Sequence record: SRR20825010_2222
Reading direction: 5' to 3' (one strand)
DNA length: 25,625 bases
The position numbers and the translations under genes are program-made. Below are positions 15,704 through 25,625 of the stretch, one piece after another. A model generated the notes under the pieces. It did not search any database. It saw only the letters and a program-made list of their open reading frames with translations, and was not told the origin of the DNA. How positions within the stretch are numbered: position 1 is the first letter of the stretch; the number at the start of each line of letters is the position of its first letter.

Positions 15704-18487
15704 ATGACCACTATAACAGACGTTAATCCCAAGCATAATATTATAATTAAAGGGGCAAAGCTCCATAATTTAAAGAATATAGACGTTGTAATACCACGGA
15801 ATAAACTAGTGGTCATTACAGGTCTGTCCGGTTCGGGAAAATCAAGTCTGGCCTTCGATACCCTTTATGCCGAAGGACAAAGAAGATATGTTGAAAGTCT
15901 CTCCTCCTATGCCAGGCAGTTTTTAGGAAAATTGGACAAGCCCAAAGTGGATTATATTAAAGGTATAGCTCCGGCCATTGCTATTGAACAAAAGGTAAAT
16001 TCTACCAATCCCAGATCTACCGTGGGAACCACTACGGAAATCTATGACTATTTAAAATTAATGTTCGCCCGTATTGGCAGAACCTTTTCCCCTATATCGG
16101 GCAATGAGGTTAAAAAGCATACCGTTTCGGACGTGGTAGAGCATATTAAAACCTTTGGGGAAGGCACAAAATTACTTTTGCTTGCACCTATTAAAATTAG
16201 TGCCGATAGGGACCCTTATAAATCGCTTCAACTGTTTTCCAAGCAGGGATTTGCAAGAATATTGTACAATGGAGAGGTTGTTAGGATAGATGAGGACCTA
16301 AAGGATGTAGGCCGGGAATTTGACCTAGTGGTAGACCGAATTATATATAAAAATGACGAAGATTTTTTTAATAGGTTGGGCAACGCCATTGATACGGCAT
16401 TTTTTGAAGGAAAGGGCGAATGCATAGTTCAGGAACTTGCAACGGGCCAAAATACCCATTTCAGCAATAAGTTTGAATTGGACGGAATGCAATTCCTAGA
16501 ACCCAATGTTCATTTGTTCAGTTTTAACAACCCATATGGGGCCTGTCCCAAATGTGAGGGCTATGGGGATGTTATTGGCATAGATGAGGACTTGGTTATT
16601 CCCAACACCTCTCTCTCGGTATACGAAAACGCTATTTTTCCGTGGCGAGGGGAAAGTATGGGATGGTACAGGGATGAATTGGTGAATGTGGCCTATAAAT
16701 TTGATTTTCCAATCCATAAACCCTGGTATCAACTATCCGATGAACAAAAGCAACTTGTTTGGGATGGAAACAGCTATTTTACTGGTATCCATAAATTCTT
16801 TGGAGGCCTGGAAGAAAAGAGCTATAAAATACAGAACAGGGTAATGCTATCCCGATATCGGGGTAAAACCAAATGCAGTACCTGTAAGGGAAGGCGTCTA
16901 AGAAAGGAAACAGACTATGTAAAAGTTTCGGGGAAATCTATTTCCGACCTTGTGGAATTACCTATAGAAGACCTTATCCGCTTCTTTAAGGCCATTAAAC
17001 TTAGTTCCAACGACGAGAAAATTGCCAGCAGATTACTTAGGGAAATAGAAAGCCGATTGGGGTTTCTTTATAATGTAGGACTAAGTTATTTAACATTGAA
17101 CAGAAAATCCAATTCCCTGTCCGGTGGGGAAAGTCAACGAATAAATTTGGCAACCTCCTTGGGCAGTAGTTTGGTAGGCTCCATGTATATATTGGATGAA
17201 CCCAGTATTGGCCTTCACCCAAAAGATACCGAAAACTTAATAACCGTTCTAAAATCCTTGCGCGACTTGGGCAATACCGTAATTGTGGTGGAACACGATG
17301 AAGACATAATGAAGGCGGCAGACGAGGTAATCGATATTGGCCCGGAAGCGGGCACGCATGGCGGGGAAGTCGTAGCCCATGGTACCTTGGATGAAATTCT
17401 TAAATCCAATTCCCTTACAGCGGCTTACCTAAATGGTTCCATGGAAATTGCCATACCAAAAACAAGGAGGCCTTTTAAAAATTACATAGAAATAAAAGGA
17501 GCTCGGGAAAATAACCTTAAAAATATTGATGTAACTTTTCCTTTGAATGTATTGACCGTCATTACCGGTGTATCGGGCAGTGGCAAAAGTACTTTGGTAA
17601 AAAAACTATTATACCCTATAATTCTAAAGGAACTCGGCGGCTACGGAGAGAAAGCTGGGCAGTACAGTTCCATGGAAGGTAAATTTCAATCCTTAAAGCA
17701 CGTAGAATACGTTGACCAAAACCCCATTGGTCGATCTTCCAGATCCAACCCTGTTACCTACATTAAGGCTTATGACGATATCCGTAATCTTTTTGCCAAC
17801 CAGAAATTAAGCAAGCTAAGAGGGTATCAGGCCAAACATTTTTCTTTTAATGTTGATGGTGGCAGGTGCGAAAAATGCAAAGGTGAGGGCGAGATTACCG
17901 TGGAAATGCAATTCATGGCCGATGTGCATTTGGAATGCGAAACCTGTAATGGAAAAAGGTTTAAAAAGGAAGTATTGGAAGTAAAATTTGAGGACGCCAA
18001 TATAGATCATGTCCTTAATATGACCATTGATGATGCCGTAGCTTTCTTTGACAAAAACAATCAATCCAAAATCGTAACCAAACTAAAACCGCTTCAAGAT
18101 GTTGGGCTAGGCTATGTAACCTTGGGACAGTCTTCCTCTACCCTTTCGGGTGGCGAAGCACAGCGCATTAAACTGGCCTCATTTTTGGTAAAGGGGAACA
18201 CCAAGGACAAAGCCCTATTTATTTTTGATGAACCCACCACAGGTCTACATTTCCACGATATCAAAAAATTACTCAAATCGTTTGACGCATTAATTGGCAA
18301 AGGACACTCTATAATCGTAATAGAGCACAATATAGACTTGATCAAATGCGCCGATTACATCATAGACCTTGGCCCCGACGGAGGAAATAAGGGAGGGCAA
18401 CTATTAGTGCAGGGAACCCCGGAAATTGTAGTAAAGAACAAAACTTCCTACACGGCACAATATTTAAAAGAAAAACTGTCCAACTAG
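15704..18487 (+). CDS. uvrA: Excinuclease ABC subunit A
   Basis: Two ABC ATPase sites (GLSGSGKS and [13 protein letters not shown] x2, DEP x2), zinc fingers CPKC/CSTC and CEKC/CETC, and YAEGQRRY. Confidence 0.97.
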   Translation: MTTITDVNPKHNIIIKGAKLHNLKNIDVVIPRNKLVVITGLSGSGKSSLAFDTLYAEGQRRYVESLSSYARQFLGKLDKPKVDYIKGIAPAIAIEQKVNSTNPRSTVGTTTEIYDYLKLMFARIGRTFSPISGNEVKKHTVSDVVEHIKTFGEGTKLLLLAPIKISADRDPYKSLQLFSKQGFARILYNGEVVRIDEDLKDVGREFDLVVDRIIYKNDEDFFNRLGNAIDTAFFEGKGECIVQELATGQNTHFSNKFELDGMQFLEPNVHLFSFNNPYGACPKCEGYGDVIGIDEDLVIPNTSLSVYENAIFPWRGESMGWYRDELVNVAYKFDFPIHKPWYQLSDEQKQLVWDGNSYFTGIHKFFGGLEEKSYKIQNRVMLSRYRGKTKCSTCKGRRLRKETDYVKVSGKSISDLVELPIEDLIRFFKAIKLSSNDEKIASRLLREIESRLGFLYNVGLSYLTLNRKSNSLSGGESQRINLATSLGSSLVGSMYILDEPSIGLHPKDTENLITVLKSLRDLGNTVIVVEHDEDIMKAADEVIDIGPEAGTHGGEVVAHGTLDEILKSNSLTAAYLNGSMEIAIPKTRRPFKNYIEIKGARENNLKNIDVTFPLNVLTVITGVSGSGKSTLVKKLLYPIILKELGGYGEKAGQYSSMEGKFQSLKHVEYVDQNPIGRSSRSNPVTYIKAYDDIRNLFANQKLSKLRGYQAKHFSFNVDGGRCEKCKGEGEITVEMQFMADVHLECETCNGKRFKKEVLEVKFEDANIDHVLNMTIDDAVAFFDKNNQSKIVTKLKPLQDVGLGYVTLGQSSSTLSGGEAQRIKLASFLVKGNTKDKALFIFDEPTTGLHFHDIKKLLKSFDALIGKGHSIIVIEHNIDLIKCADYIIDLGPDGGNKGGQLLVQGTPEIVVKNKTSYTAQYLKEKLSN

Positions 18488-18576
18488 ATCTAGTCCGTGG
18501 TTTCTAGTTTGATTTTTATAGCCTCTTAAATGAACTACTTATCCCTCTTGAACCTTGAACTTTCAATATTTTTTTG

Positions 18577-18716
18577 CTGCCCACTGTTTTCTGAATACTG
18601 AATACTATTTACTGGTTACTGATAACTAACTACTGATCTCCAGTTTCAGGCTTGATGCTTCCATTTAATTAACTCTGCCAATTGCCCACTGGATACTGAT
18701 AACTGACGACTGATTT
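18577..18716. repeat. Degenerate heptamer (CTGnnnA) tandem arrays
   Basis: 9 units at 18577-18639 and 6 units at 18675-18716, all in the same 7-bp phase. Confidence 0.75.
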
Positions 18717-18812
18717 CGGGCTATTGGCTGATGCTTTTTGCCCAACAGTTCCTTGTTCATTCAACCTACTTATTGCACAAGGCTATAAAACAATAAAATA
18801 TATTATACTGAT

Positions 18813-18858
18813 TATCAATACATTAAATTGATATTTAATTTTTTGGCATGCTGTTTGG
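18813..18858 (+). promoter_or_regulatory. Putative sigma54 promoter with upstream IHF-like site
   Basis: TTGGCATG-CTGT-TTGG at 18843-18858 (-24/-12 pattern, GG instead of GC). TATCAATACATTA at 18813-18825 fits WATCAANNNNTTR. Confidence 0.55.
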
Positions 18859-18909
18859 TATATACAACTTGAATGTAAATAGTTGCATTCAAAATTAAAA
18901 CCTTATATC

Positions 18910-20229
18910 ATGAGAAATTTAATACTCCTTTTTACAGCGCTTATATTAGGTACTTCAGGTTCCGAGGCAGCTTCAGTGGAAGATAAGGTTGCCACAAGCA
19001 ATACTTATAGAAATAATAACTCATTTATTTTCGTTGAAAATGGCATCACATTTTCAGTTTATCCTGATGGGGAGTTCGATTTCTATATTGACAATAGAGG
19101 TGGCGTAAATGCCAATGTAAATTTTGGACATACCAATATTACTTTTAATTCAGGTTACGATTACAACCCATATGTACAGTATGACGATTACGGTGCAGTT
19201 ATACAAGTTGAGAATGTTCCCATCTACTATGACTACTACGGTAGGGTAACCCAAATTGGGGATGTAGATATCAACTATAATAGTGGTAGGGTATCCAGAG
19301 TTGGCGGTCTTTATGTATACTATAACAACCGTGGACTTTACAGCCATCATAGGGGATTCATCAATATCTACAACAGACATTATGTGTACAGCCCTTTCCA
19401 CAGCTATTTCGTAAGACCGGCCATAGGCTTTGGTCTGGTATTCGGCAGCCCATACAGAAGATATTACGAACCTGTGAGATACACCTATTATAGACCATAT
19501 CATCACAATTACAGGAAAGCATATGCTAAAATAGGCCACCATTACAAATACAATAAAGGGCATCACCATAAGAGAAGTACCATTTACAGAAACGACAAAA
19601 GAGTTGCCGTTAGGGATAATGGTTACAGAAACAACAGTAACCTGCGATCCAACCGCTCTGTAGCAAGTAGAAATGATGGTTATAGAAATAGCAATACTGT
19701 TTCTAGAAGTACAACATACAGAAGCAACAATGTTAATGGCAGAGACAATAATGTTTCAAGATCTACCACTCAACGTAGCAATGGAAACGGTACCGTAAAG
19801 AGAAGTACCACAGTAAGGAGCAGTTCTCCCAGTTCTAGAAATGACAAATCGGTTTCCAGAAGTTCTTCGATTCGCCAAAATGATAAGGGTAATGTTCAAA
19901 GAACCGTAAATAGAACAACCACTACAAGGAGTAGTAATGGCAGCGGAAGTTCTGTAACAAGGAGCAAAGCAGTGGTATCCAGACCTTCCGGTAATACCAG
20001 GACAACGGTAAAAAAGGAAGTGAACAGAAGTCCAAGAAATACTTCGATAAGTAGAAGTTCTTCAAGCAGAAGTAATAGTGGTTCATCTGTAAGGAATACT
20101 ACTGTAAAACGACCAAATATACAGTCAAAAAGCACTGTAAAAAGAACGGTGGCAAGGTCCTCCAATAGTGGTAGTGCAAGAAAAATTTCAACAGCTTCCA
20201 CAAGAGGAAGAAGTTCTAGAAGTAATTAA
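18910..20229 (+). CDS. Secreted hypothetical protein with a Tyr-rich N-half and a basic Arg/Ser/Thr/Asn low-complexity tail
   Basis: ATG 18910 gives the signal peptide MRNLILLFTALILGTSGSEA. Long open frame followed by a terminator. Confidence 0.85.
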   Translation: MRNLILLFTALILGTSGSEAASVEDKVATSNTYRNNNSFIFVENGITFSVYPDGEFDFYIDNRGGVNANVNFGHTNITFNSGYDYNPYVQYDDYGAVIQVENVPIYYDYYGRVTQIGDVDINYNSGRVSRVGGLYVYYNNRGLYSHHRGFINIYNRHYVYSPFHSYFVRPAIGFGLVFGSPYRRYYEPVRYTYYRPYHHNYRKAYAKIGHHYKYNKGHHHKRSTIYRNDKRVAVRDNGYRNNSNLRSNRSVASRNDGYRNSNTVSRSTTYRSNNVNGRDNNVSRSTTQRSNGNGTVKRSTTVRSSSPSSRNDKSVSRSSSIRQNDKGNVQRTVNRTTTTRSSNGSGSSVTRSKAVVSRPSGNTRTTVKKEVNRSPRNTSISRSSSSRSNSGSSVRNTTVKRPNIQSKSTVKRTVARSSNSGSARKISTASTRGRSSRSN

Positions 20230-20257
20230 AAATAGTTTTTAGGTTGGTTAGTTGTTT

Positions 20258-20296
20258 AGCCCCGTAGCGAATTCGTTCCTGCGGGGTTTTACTTTA
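20258..20296 (+). terminator. Intrinsic terminator
   Basis: AGCCCCGTAG...CTGCGGGGTT stem followed by TTACTTT. Confidence 0.75.
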
Positions 20297-20396
20297 TAAA
20301 GGAGTTTTGAATGCTCCCAATCTCATAAGTCTGAATGTTAACCACAACTTCCTGTCCAATGAATAAAGTAAATGTGCCGGGACCACTGACTCTCAC

Positions 20397-21866
20397 CTAT
20401 TTTCTACCGCCCAACTTTCCCAAATAAAATGAGATGGCTCCAGATACATCTGAGGATATTTTAAAGCGATATAAAACAAAAATATAACAAAGCAGAATTA
20501 GAAAACTCTTTAGGGCAATGTTGAGCACAGGGTGGAAAGGAAAGGATACAAAGTAAAAAATGGTCGATAATGCCAACAGAAGAAATATAACCTTAAAGGT
20601 CTCCTTTGTTATGGGTTGAATACCAAACTTCCATTTAACGAACCCCAATTTTATAGAATTGTAAATAAAAAAAGCCATAAAACTAGCTATGGCCGCACCA
20701 TCCAAACCATATTTAGGAATCAACCATAGGTTCAACAAAATGGTGAGAATGGCCAAGGCAACCCCCATAAGGAGCAACGCCCTATAAAAATCCGAATTGT
20801 ACATTATAGCATTGTTATTGCCCAACAAGGCATCATAAACTCTGGCAAACCCAATAATGAAAACAATTACATACCCGCCACGATAGGATTCGGGCAACAA
20901 ATTGTACAGGTCATTTAGATTTAAAACAATCAAAATAAAGATGAGCCCGGATACTATAAATAAGGTGAGCGAGCTCTTTTGATATAATGTTTTAAGAGCC
21001 TTGATATCCTTTTTATGAAGTATTTCCGCAGTTAAGGGATAGGTAATGTTGTGCATAGACCTGGATGGAACGGCAATGACGGTTGCAATATACCCGGCTA
21101 CACTGTAATAGGCTACATTTTTAATTTCTATAAATTGATTGATCATTACCTTGTCTACCTCCAACAAAACTATTGCGGCAGATCCACCCAAAATAATCAG
21201 GGTACTATAAGTAAGAATTTCGCGGGTGTTGGCAGGAAAACTAAAATTCAGCTTTAAACGAAGCGATCTTAAGGCATAGGCCTGCATTATAAGGGTTCTA
21301 AGGATATACATCCCAACCATGGCATTGAGAAACGTAAGTACGGAAATCACATCCCAATAAACCATTAAAAGTAGCACTGATATCACTATTCTGCTAAATA
21401 CCTCCTTCATAAAATTCCCAAAAACCGACTTCATCTGCACCTTGGCCCAAGCATAAAACACCTCAAAATAGGCCATTGCCACACCAATAATGAAAATATG
21501 CCACACATACCCCTTTACTATTGGGTTCTCCTTGGATAAAAAATCACCAATGGTCTCATTGGCCAAGTAGGAAATAGCCCCAATAGGTACAATAAGTATT
21601 AGCGGTAAGAATACCATTAGGGTCAAAAAACCATCCTTCCCATTGCGTTCCTGAAAACCTGAATAATACTTGACCAAGGTATTTGGAATCCCAAATGCCA
21701 ATATCGGCATTAAAACGGACGATGCGGAGAGTATTACATTGACCAAGCCAAAATATTCATCCGATAAAAACCGTGTATATAGAAAAAGCAGGTTCAATGC
21801 CCCTATGGCAAAGCCACCATAGGTAATCAAAGTATTGTTCAATGATTGTTTTAAGACTATTCCCAT
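20397..21866 (-). CDS. Oligosaccharide flippase / polysaccharide biosynthesis membrane protein (Wzx/MOP family)
   Basis: About 14 hydrophobic segments, with D..MI...VAYYSVA and LN..LIP.YG..GAAIAS motifs. Confidence 0.85.
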   Translation of the reverse strand: MGIVLKQSLNNTLITYGGFAIGALNLLFLYTRFLSDEYFGLVNVILSASSVLMPILAFGIPNTLVKYYSGFQERNGKDGFLTLMVFLPLILIVPIGAISYLANETIGDFLSKENPIVKGYVWHIFIIGVAMAYFEVFYAWAKVQMKSVFGNFMKEVFSRIVISVLLLMVYWDVISVLTFLNAMVGMYILRTLIMQAYALRSLRLKLNFSFPANTREILTYSTLIILGGSAAIVLLEVDKVMINQFIEIKNVAYYSVAGYIATVIAVPSRSMHNITYPLTAEILHKKDIKALKTLYQKSSLTLFIVSGLIFILIVLNLNDLYNLLPESYRGGYVIVFIIGFARVYDALLGNNNAIMYNSDFYRALLLMGVALAILTILLNLWLIPKYGLDGAAIASFMAFFIYNSIKLGFVKWKFGIQPITKETFKVIFLLLALSTIFYFVSFPFHPVLNIALKSFLILLCYIFVLYRFKISSDVSGAISFYLGKLGGRK

Positions 21867-23137
21867 GCTAAATACTTGGACAGCTTTGCCGTTAATTCCC
21901 TTCTGTGGTATTGGTCTACCTCTGCCGAAGGCAAAGTCAATTGCTCTTTTTTATATTCTTGAAACCATTGCAGCAGCGTACTTTTCAATTCATCCAACTG
22001 TGGATACGTAAATGTCTTACCTATATTGGATTTGGCAATAAGTTCCCCTACCTCCCAATTGGTTGGGCCTATACCCAAGATAGGCCTTTTGGACGCCATA
22101 TACTCAAATACTTTTCCCGGAATAATACCCTGGGTCTCTTCAGAATCTATCTCTATCAACAACAGCACTTGGGACTTTTTTTGATATTGTAAAGCCTCCT
22201 CGTGCGAAATATAGCCCAATAATTTGGTATAGGATTGAAGACCATAAAAATAGATACTTTCCAAAACATCCGAACTAATAACGCCTGCCAATTGCAATTT
22301 GAAACATTTTTTGATATCGGGGTATTCCTGAATTAATTCTGATAGTGCTTTCCAAAGATTCAGGGGGTTTCTCCCCGTAAGCAGGGATCCAATATGGGAA
22401 ATGGTAAAATCAACATCCAAAGCCACGGAATTGCCAGGGCTTGTATCATAACCATTGGTAATAACTGTAATTGGTTTTTGGGTTATATGGGAAAACTCCT
22501 GTCTTGTGGTATTACTGGTCACTATTATTTTGTCGGCCTCATTCAGTACCAAGTGCTCCAGCTTTTTGTGCTTTGCTTGGGAAGCATTGGTCAGTTTCAA
22601 TTTTTTATGATAGCCGATCGAGGTCCAGGGATCCCGAAAATCCGTTATCCACCTAATTTTAGTGCGTTTCTTTAGTTCAAGGCCAATAAGATGCAAGCTA
22701 TGTGGGGGTCCTGTAGTTATAACAGTTCCTATGTTTTCCAATTTAATGACATCCTGTAAAAAATCAACCGAAGGTTTTATCCAAAATTTTCTGGCATCGG
22801 GAATAAATAGATTTCCCCGTATCCATAACAACACTTTTTCCACAAAAGATTGATTCTTGGAATTGATTATACCAGCGCTGATCTTTTTGGTCTTTTTTTT
22901 GGAAAATATTTGGGCAAAGCCATAGGGTTCATATATAGGCTTCTTATATACTTTTATACCTTCTGGAACTTCATCCAATAAAGATTCGTCTATTATAGGA
23001 TAATTGGGATTTTCCGGAATATATACAATAGGTTCTATATCAAAATCCCTGAGGTATTTCACAAATTTCAACCATCGCTGTACTCCAGGTCCACCTGCCG
23101 GAGGCCAATAATACGTGATGATGAGTACCTTCTGCAT
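21857..23137 (-). CDS. Glycosyltransferase family 4 (GT-B)
   Basis: YYWPPAGGPGVQR, TGPPHS, DFRDPW, NGYD and IPGKVFEYMAS..PIL motifs. Confidence 0.9.
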   Translation of the reverse strand: MQKVLIITYYWPPAGGPGVQRWLKFVKYLRDFDIEPIVYIPENPNYPIIDESLLDEVPEGIKVYKKPIYEPYGFAQIFSKKKTKKISAGIINSKNQSFVEKVLLWIRGNLFIPDARKFWIKPSVDFLQDVIKLENIGTVITTGPPHSLHLIGLELKKRTKIRWITDFRDPWTSIGYHKKLKLTNASQAKHKKLEHLVLNEADKIIVTSNTTRQEFSHITQKPITVITNGYDTSPGNSVALDVDFTISHIGSLLTGRNPLNLWKALSELIQEYPDIKKCFKLQLAGVISSDVLESIYFYGLQSYTKLLGYISHEEALQYQKKSQVLLLIEIDSEETQGIIPGKVFEYMASKRPILGIGPTNWEVGELIAKSNIGKTFTYPQLDELKSTLLQWFQEYKKEQLTLPSAEVDQYHRRELTAKLSKYLAWE

Positions 23138-25572
23138 TAAGCCGTTGGTTTTTTCCTAGAGGCCCAAAAAGCATGGCCAATTCCAAAAAAGAACACCAAG
23201 ACTAAGATTATGGAGCTTGCCATAGTTATGTTGCCTCCAACCTTAATAAGGCTTGGCTCAAACTTAAACTCAATTTTATGATTTCCTGCAGGTACCTCCA
23301 AGGCCCTCAACACATAATTCACTTCAAAATGTTCCTTTAGATTACCATCAATATAGGCATTCCAACCATGTGGATAGTACATTTCGGAAAATACGGCAAT
23401 TCCAGGATTGGTATTATTGGAACTGTAGGTTAAATGGTTAGGTTTGTATTCAACCAACTTTATGGAAGCTGTAGAATCTGTCCTAAAATTAAGATCTTTT
23501 ATATTTTCAAACTTCGTCTTGTTAAAAACCGCCTTATGCTTTAAATCCAAGGTATTCAATGCCATTATTTCGTCATTGGCATTAAACACAGGCACCAACT
23601 CGTCAATAAACCATGCATTGCCATTAGCATCAGGATTTAATGCGGGGTAGGTCCTACCCTCTTCATCTTGCTGCACCACATATTTAACGTTCAACATACT
23701 CAAAACCCTAACGTTATTCTTGGAAATATGAAAATCGAACAATTCCTGGATCCCCGCTGGTTTAGCAGCATGATACCCCCAAATAGATTGATGGAAATAA
23801 GCCGTACGGCCTCCCCCGCCAATTTCCGATGGATCGTATACCCTAAAAACAGTAGTGTCCTGAGCTATCTGTCGGTCCATATCAGTTTCCTGAAAAGGTT
23901 CCAGCATTCTTCTTTGGGCCACAAAATCGTCTTCATTTACATAGCGCTTTGCAACCCCTATCAAATCGAACATTACCAGCACCCCCAATAGAACAATCAC
24001 CAAATTTTGCTTGAATTTATTTTTCAAATAAAACCAAATAACCAAGGCTGCCAAGGCTACAAAGATCAGTGACCTTAAAATATCTGTATTGTAAACGGCC
24101 TTACGATCCGCAACAATCAAGGAAACAATATCATCACCATAATACTGACGATAGGTTTCATCGCTCTGTCCAGTAAAGCTGAACATTCCCTTCACCAGAA
24201 AAAGAAGCACTCCGATTCCCAAAGTAATGAATAGGGTTAATTTTAAATCCTTTAGTTTCTTGGAAGTATCCTCTTTGGGGTCAAAAAGTTGTACCAAAGC
24301 GAGGATGCCCAAAACAGGAACACAGAGTTCCAGAATTACCTGAATGGATGACACCGCCCTAAATTTATTGTACAACGGAAAATAATCGATCATTACATCC
24401 GTAAGGAGGCCAAAATTTTTGCCCCATGAAAGAAGGAGGGCCATTATAGTACCTCCCAAAAGCCACCATTTTGCTTTTCCCTTTACCAAAAATAGCCCTA
24501 GGACAAAGAGAAAAAACACCACGGCCCCAATATAGGCAGGAGCGGCAACAATAGGCTGGTCTCCCCAGTAAAGTGGCAAGGAACTAGTAAAATCCAATGC
24601 TTTGGTCCTGGATATTCCATTCTCGGTCAAAAAGGTATAGGTCTTGGAATCGGCCCCAAGATCCTCGCCACCGGAACCGCCGAAAAGTCTTGGAACAAAT
24701 AAATTCAAGGATTCTACAATCCCGTAACTATATTGGGTAATATATTCCCGATCCAGACCGGTACCACTTTCTTTAGGCTCTCCGTTGGCCGTGATGGTAA
24801 GGTCCGATTTTCCTCTTGTACTCCAATCCGCATATTCCTTGGTAGCCATTAGACTAGTAGCATTTGCTGCTATTCCCAGAAACACCGCCAAAATTAGGAT
24901 TCCGACCGAAATACCAAAATGCTTCAATTTCTTTTTCTTAATGGCATCCACTAGATATACAACCCCAAGAATAAGTATGAGTAACATAAAATAGTAGGTC
25001 ATTTGGTAATGGTTGGCACCAACTTCCAAAGCCATAGCAATAGCCGTTAGGAGGAACCCCCAAAGGTATTTCTTCCTAAAAACCAAAATAATCCCCCCCA
25101 AGAGCATTGGCATATAGCCAATGGCATGTGCCTTTGCATTGTGACCTACCCCCAAAATAATGATCATATAGGTAGAGAAACCAAAGGCCAGTGCACCCAA
25201 TACCGCCAACTTGTAATCTACCTTGAGACAGGATAACAAGATATAAAACCCGATAAGATATATAAAAAGATAATCTGCGGGCCTAGGTAAAAAACGGATA
25301 ATCCGATCCAACTTTTTCACATAATCATGAGGATAATAAGCTCCCAATTGATAAGTGGGCATTCCGCCGAAGGCGCCATTGGTCCAGTACGGCTCCTCCC
25401 CTGTTTTCTTCCTAAAATCGTTTTGTTCCTTGGCCATTCCCGTAAATTGAACAATATCCGATTGCTCAATTACCTTCCCCTGAAGTACGGGATGGAAATA
25501 GGCCAACGCTACAATTACAAAAAATACGGTTACAAAAAAATGGATAAAAAAGGCACTTAGACCGTTTCTCAT
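23137..25572 (-). CDS. YfhO-family polytopic membrane protein (putative GT-C glycosyltransferase)
   Basis: Multi-TM, with W....FGGMP and C-terminal SEMYYP.GWNAYIDG...NY.LRAL.VPAG.H.IEFKF typical of YfhO. Confidence 0.85.
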   Translation of the reverse strand: MRNGLSAFFIHFFVTVFFVIVALAYFHPVLQGKVIEQSDIVQFTGMAKEQNDFRKKTGEEPYWTNGAFGGMPTYQLGAYYPHDYVKKLDRIIRFLPRPADYLFIYLIGFYILLSCLKVDYKLAVLGALAFGFSTYMIIILGVGHNAKAHAIGYMPMLLGGIILVFRKKYLWGFLLTAIAMALEVGANHYQMTYYFMLLILILGVVYLVDAIKKKKLKHFGISVGILILAVFLGIAANATSLMATKEYADWSTRGKSDLTITANGEPKESGTGLDREYITQYSYGIVESLNLFVPRLFGGSGGEDLGADSKTYTFLTENGISRTKALDFTSSLPLYWGDQPIVAAPAYIGAVVFFLFVLGLFLVKGKAKWWLLGGTIMALLLSWGKNFGLLTDVMIDYFPLYNKFRAVSSIQVILELCVPVLGILALVQLFDPKEDTSKKLKDLKLTLFITLGIGVLLFLVKGMFSFTGQSDETYRQYYGDDIVSLIVADRKAVYNTDILRSLIFVALAALVIWFYLKNKFKQNLVIVLLGVLVMFDLIGVAKRYVNEDDFVAQRRMLEPFQETDMDRQIAQDTTVFRVYDPSEIGGGGRTAYFHQSIWGYHAAKPAGIQELFDFHISKNNVRVLSMLNVKYVVQQDEEGRTYPALNPDANGNAWFIDELVPVFNANDEIMALNTLDLKHKAVFNKTKFENIKDLNFRTDSTASIKLVEYKPNHLTYSSNNTNPGIAVFSEMYYPHGWNAYIDGNLKEHFEVNYVLRALEVPAGNHKIEFKFEPSLIKVGGNITMASSIILVLVFFFGIGHAFWASRKKPTA

Positions 25573-25591
25573 GTTTGGTTATGGTAAATGG

Positions 25592-25625
25592 TTATTCAAT
25601 TTCCTCAAAATCTATGTATTCTCCA
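25592..25625 (-). CDS. 3' end of an upstream gene, probably DUF4834 family (partial)
   Basis: The minus frame reads ...GEYIDFEEIE*, an acidic C-terminal motif I associate with DUF4834. Confidence 0.6.
   Translation of the reverse strand, partial: GEYIDFEEIE

Noticed and set aside
18577-18716. CRISPR array
   Set aside because: 7-bp degenerate period, no repeat-spacer organisation and no cas genes
19150-20201. Antisense ORFs 19150-19569 and 19896-20201
   Set aside because: Explained by the low-complexity codon usage of the + strand gene

Overview
AT-rich, gene-dense core-chromosome window that looks like a Flavobacteriaceae (Bacteroidota) genome. This is inferred from gene order and TAnnTTTG promoter boxes. 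Left arm (+): a membrane protein, a COG1233 FAD oxidoreductase, an SGNH hydrolase and a GT2. Next comes an operon of a BatA/vWA protein, a catalytically degenerate dihydroorotase-like protein, two tandem DUF4870-like membrane proteins and an esterase. Middle: an MBL hydrolase, a PncC/NadD-like fusion, bcp, an nth lacking the Fe-S cysteines, and uvrA. Right arm: a secreted Tyr-rich/Arg-Ser-rich protein behind a probable sigma54/IHF promoter, and a YfhO-GT4-flippase cluster. The most notable structure lies between nth and uvrA. It is a tandemly duplicated module of an ECF sigma factor (about 81% identical copies), a conserved GCGTTAT-N6-ATAACAAT spacer motif, and a 47-50 aa microprotein missing from the ORF track. 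One sigma copy has a long 5'-UTR hairpin covering its translation-initiation region. A phased 7-bp repeat array follows uvrA. No rRNA, tRNA, CRISPR or transposase was seen.
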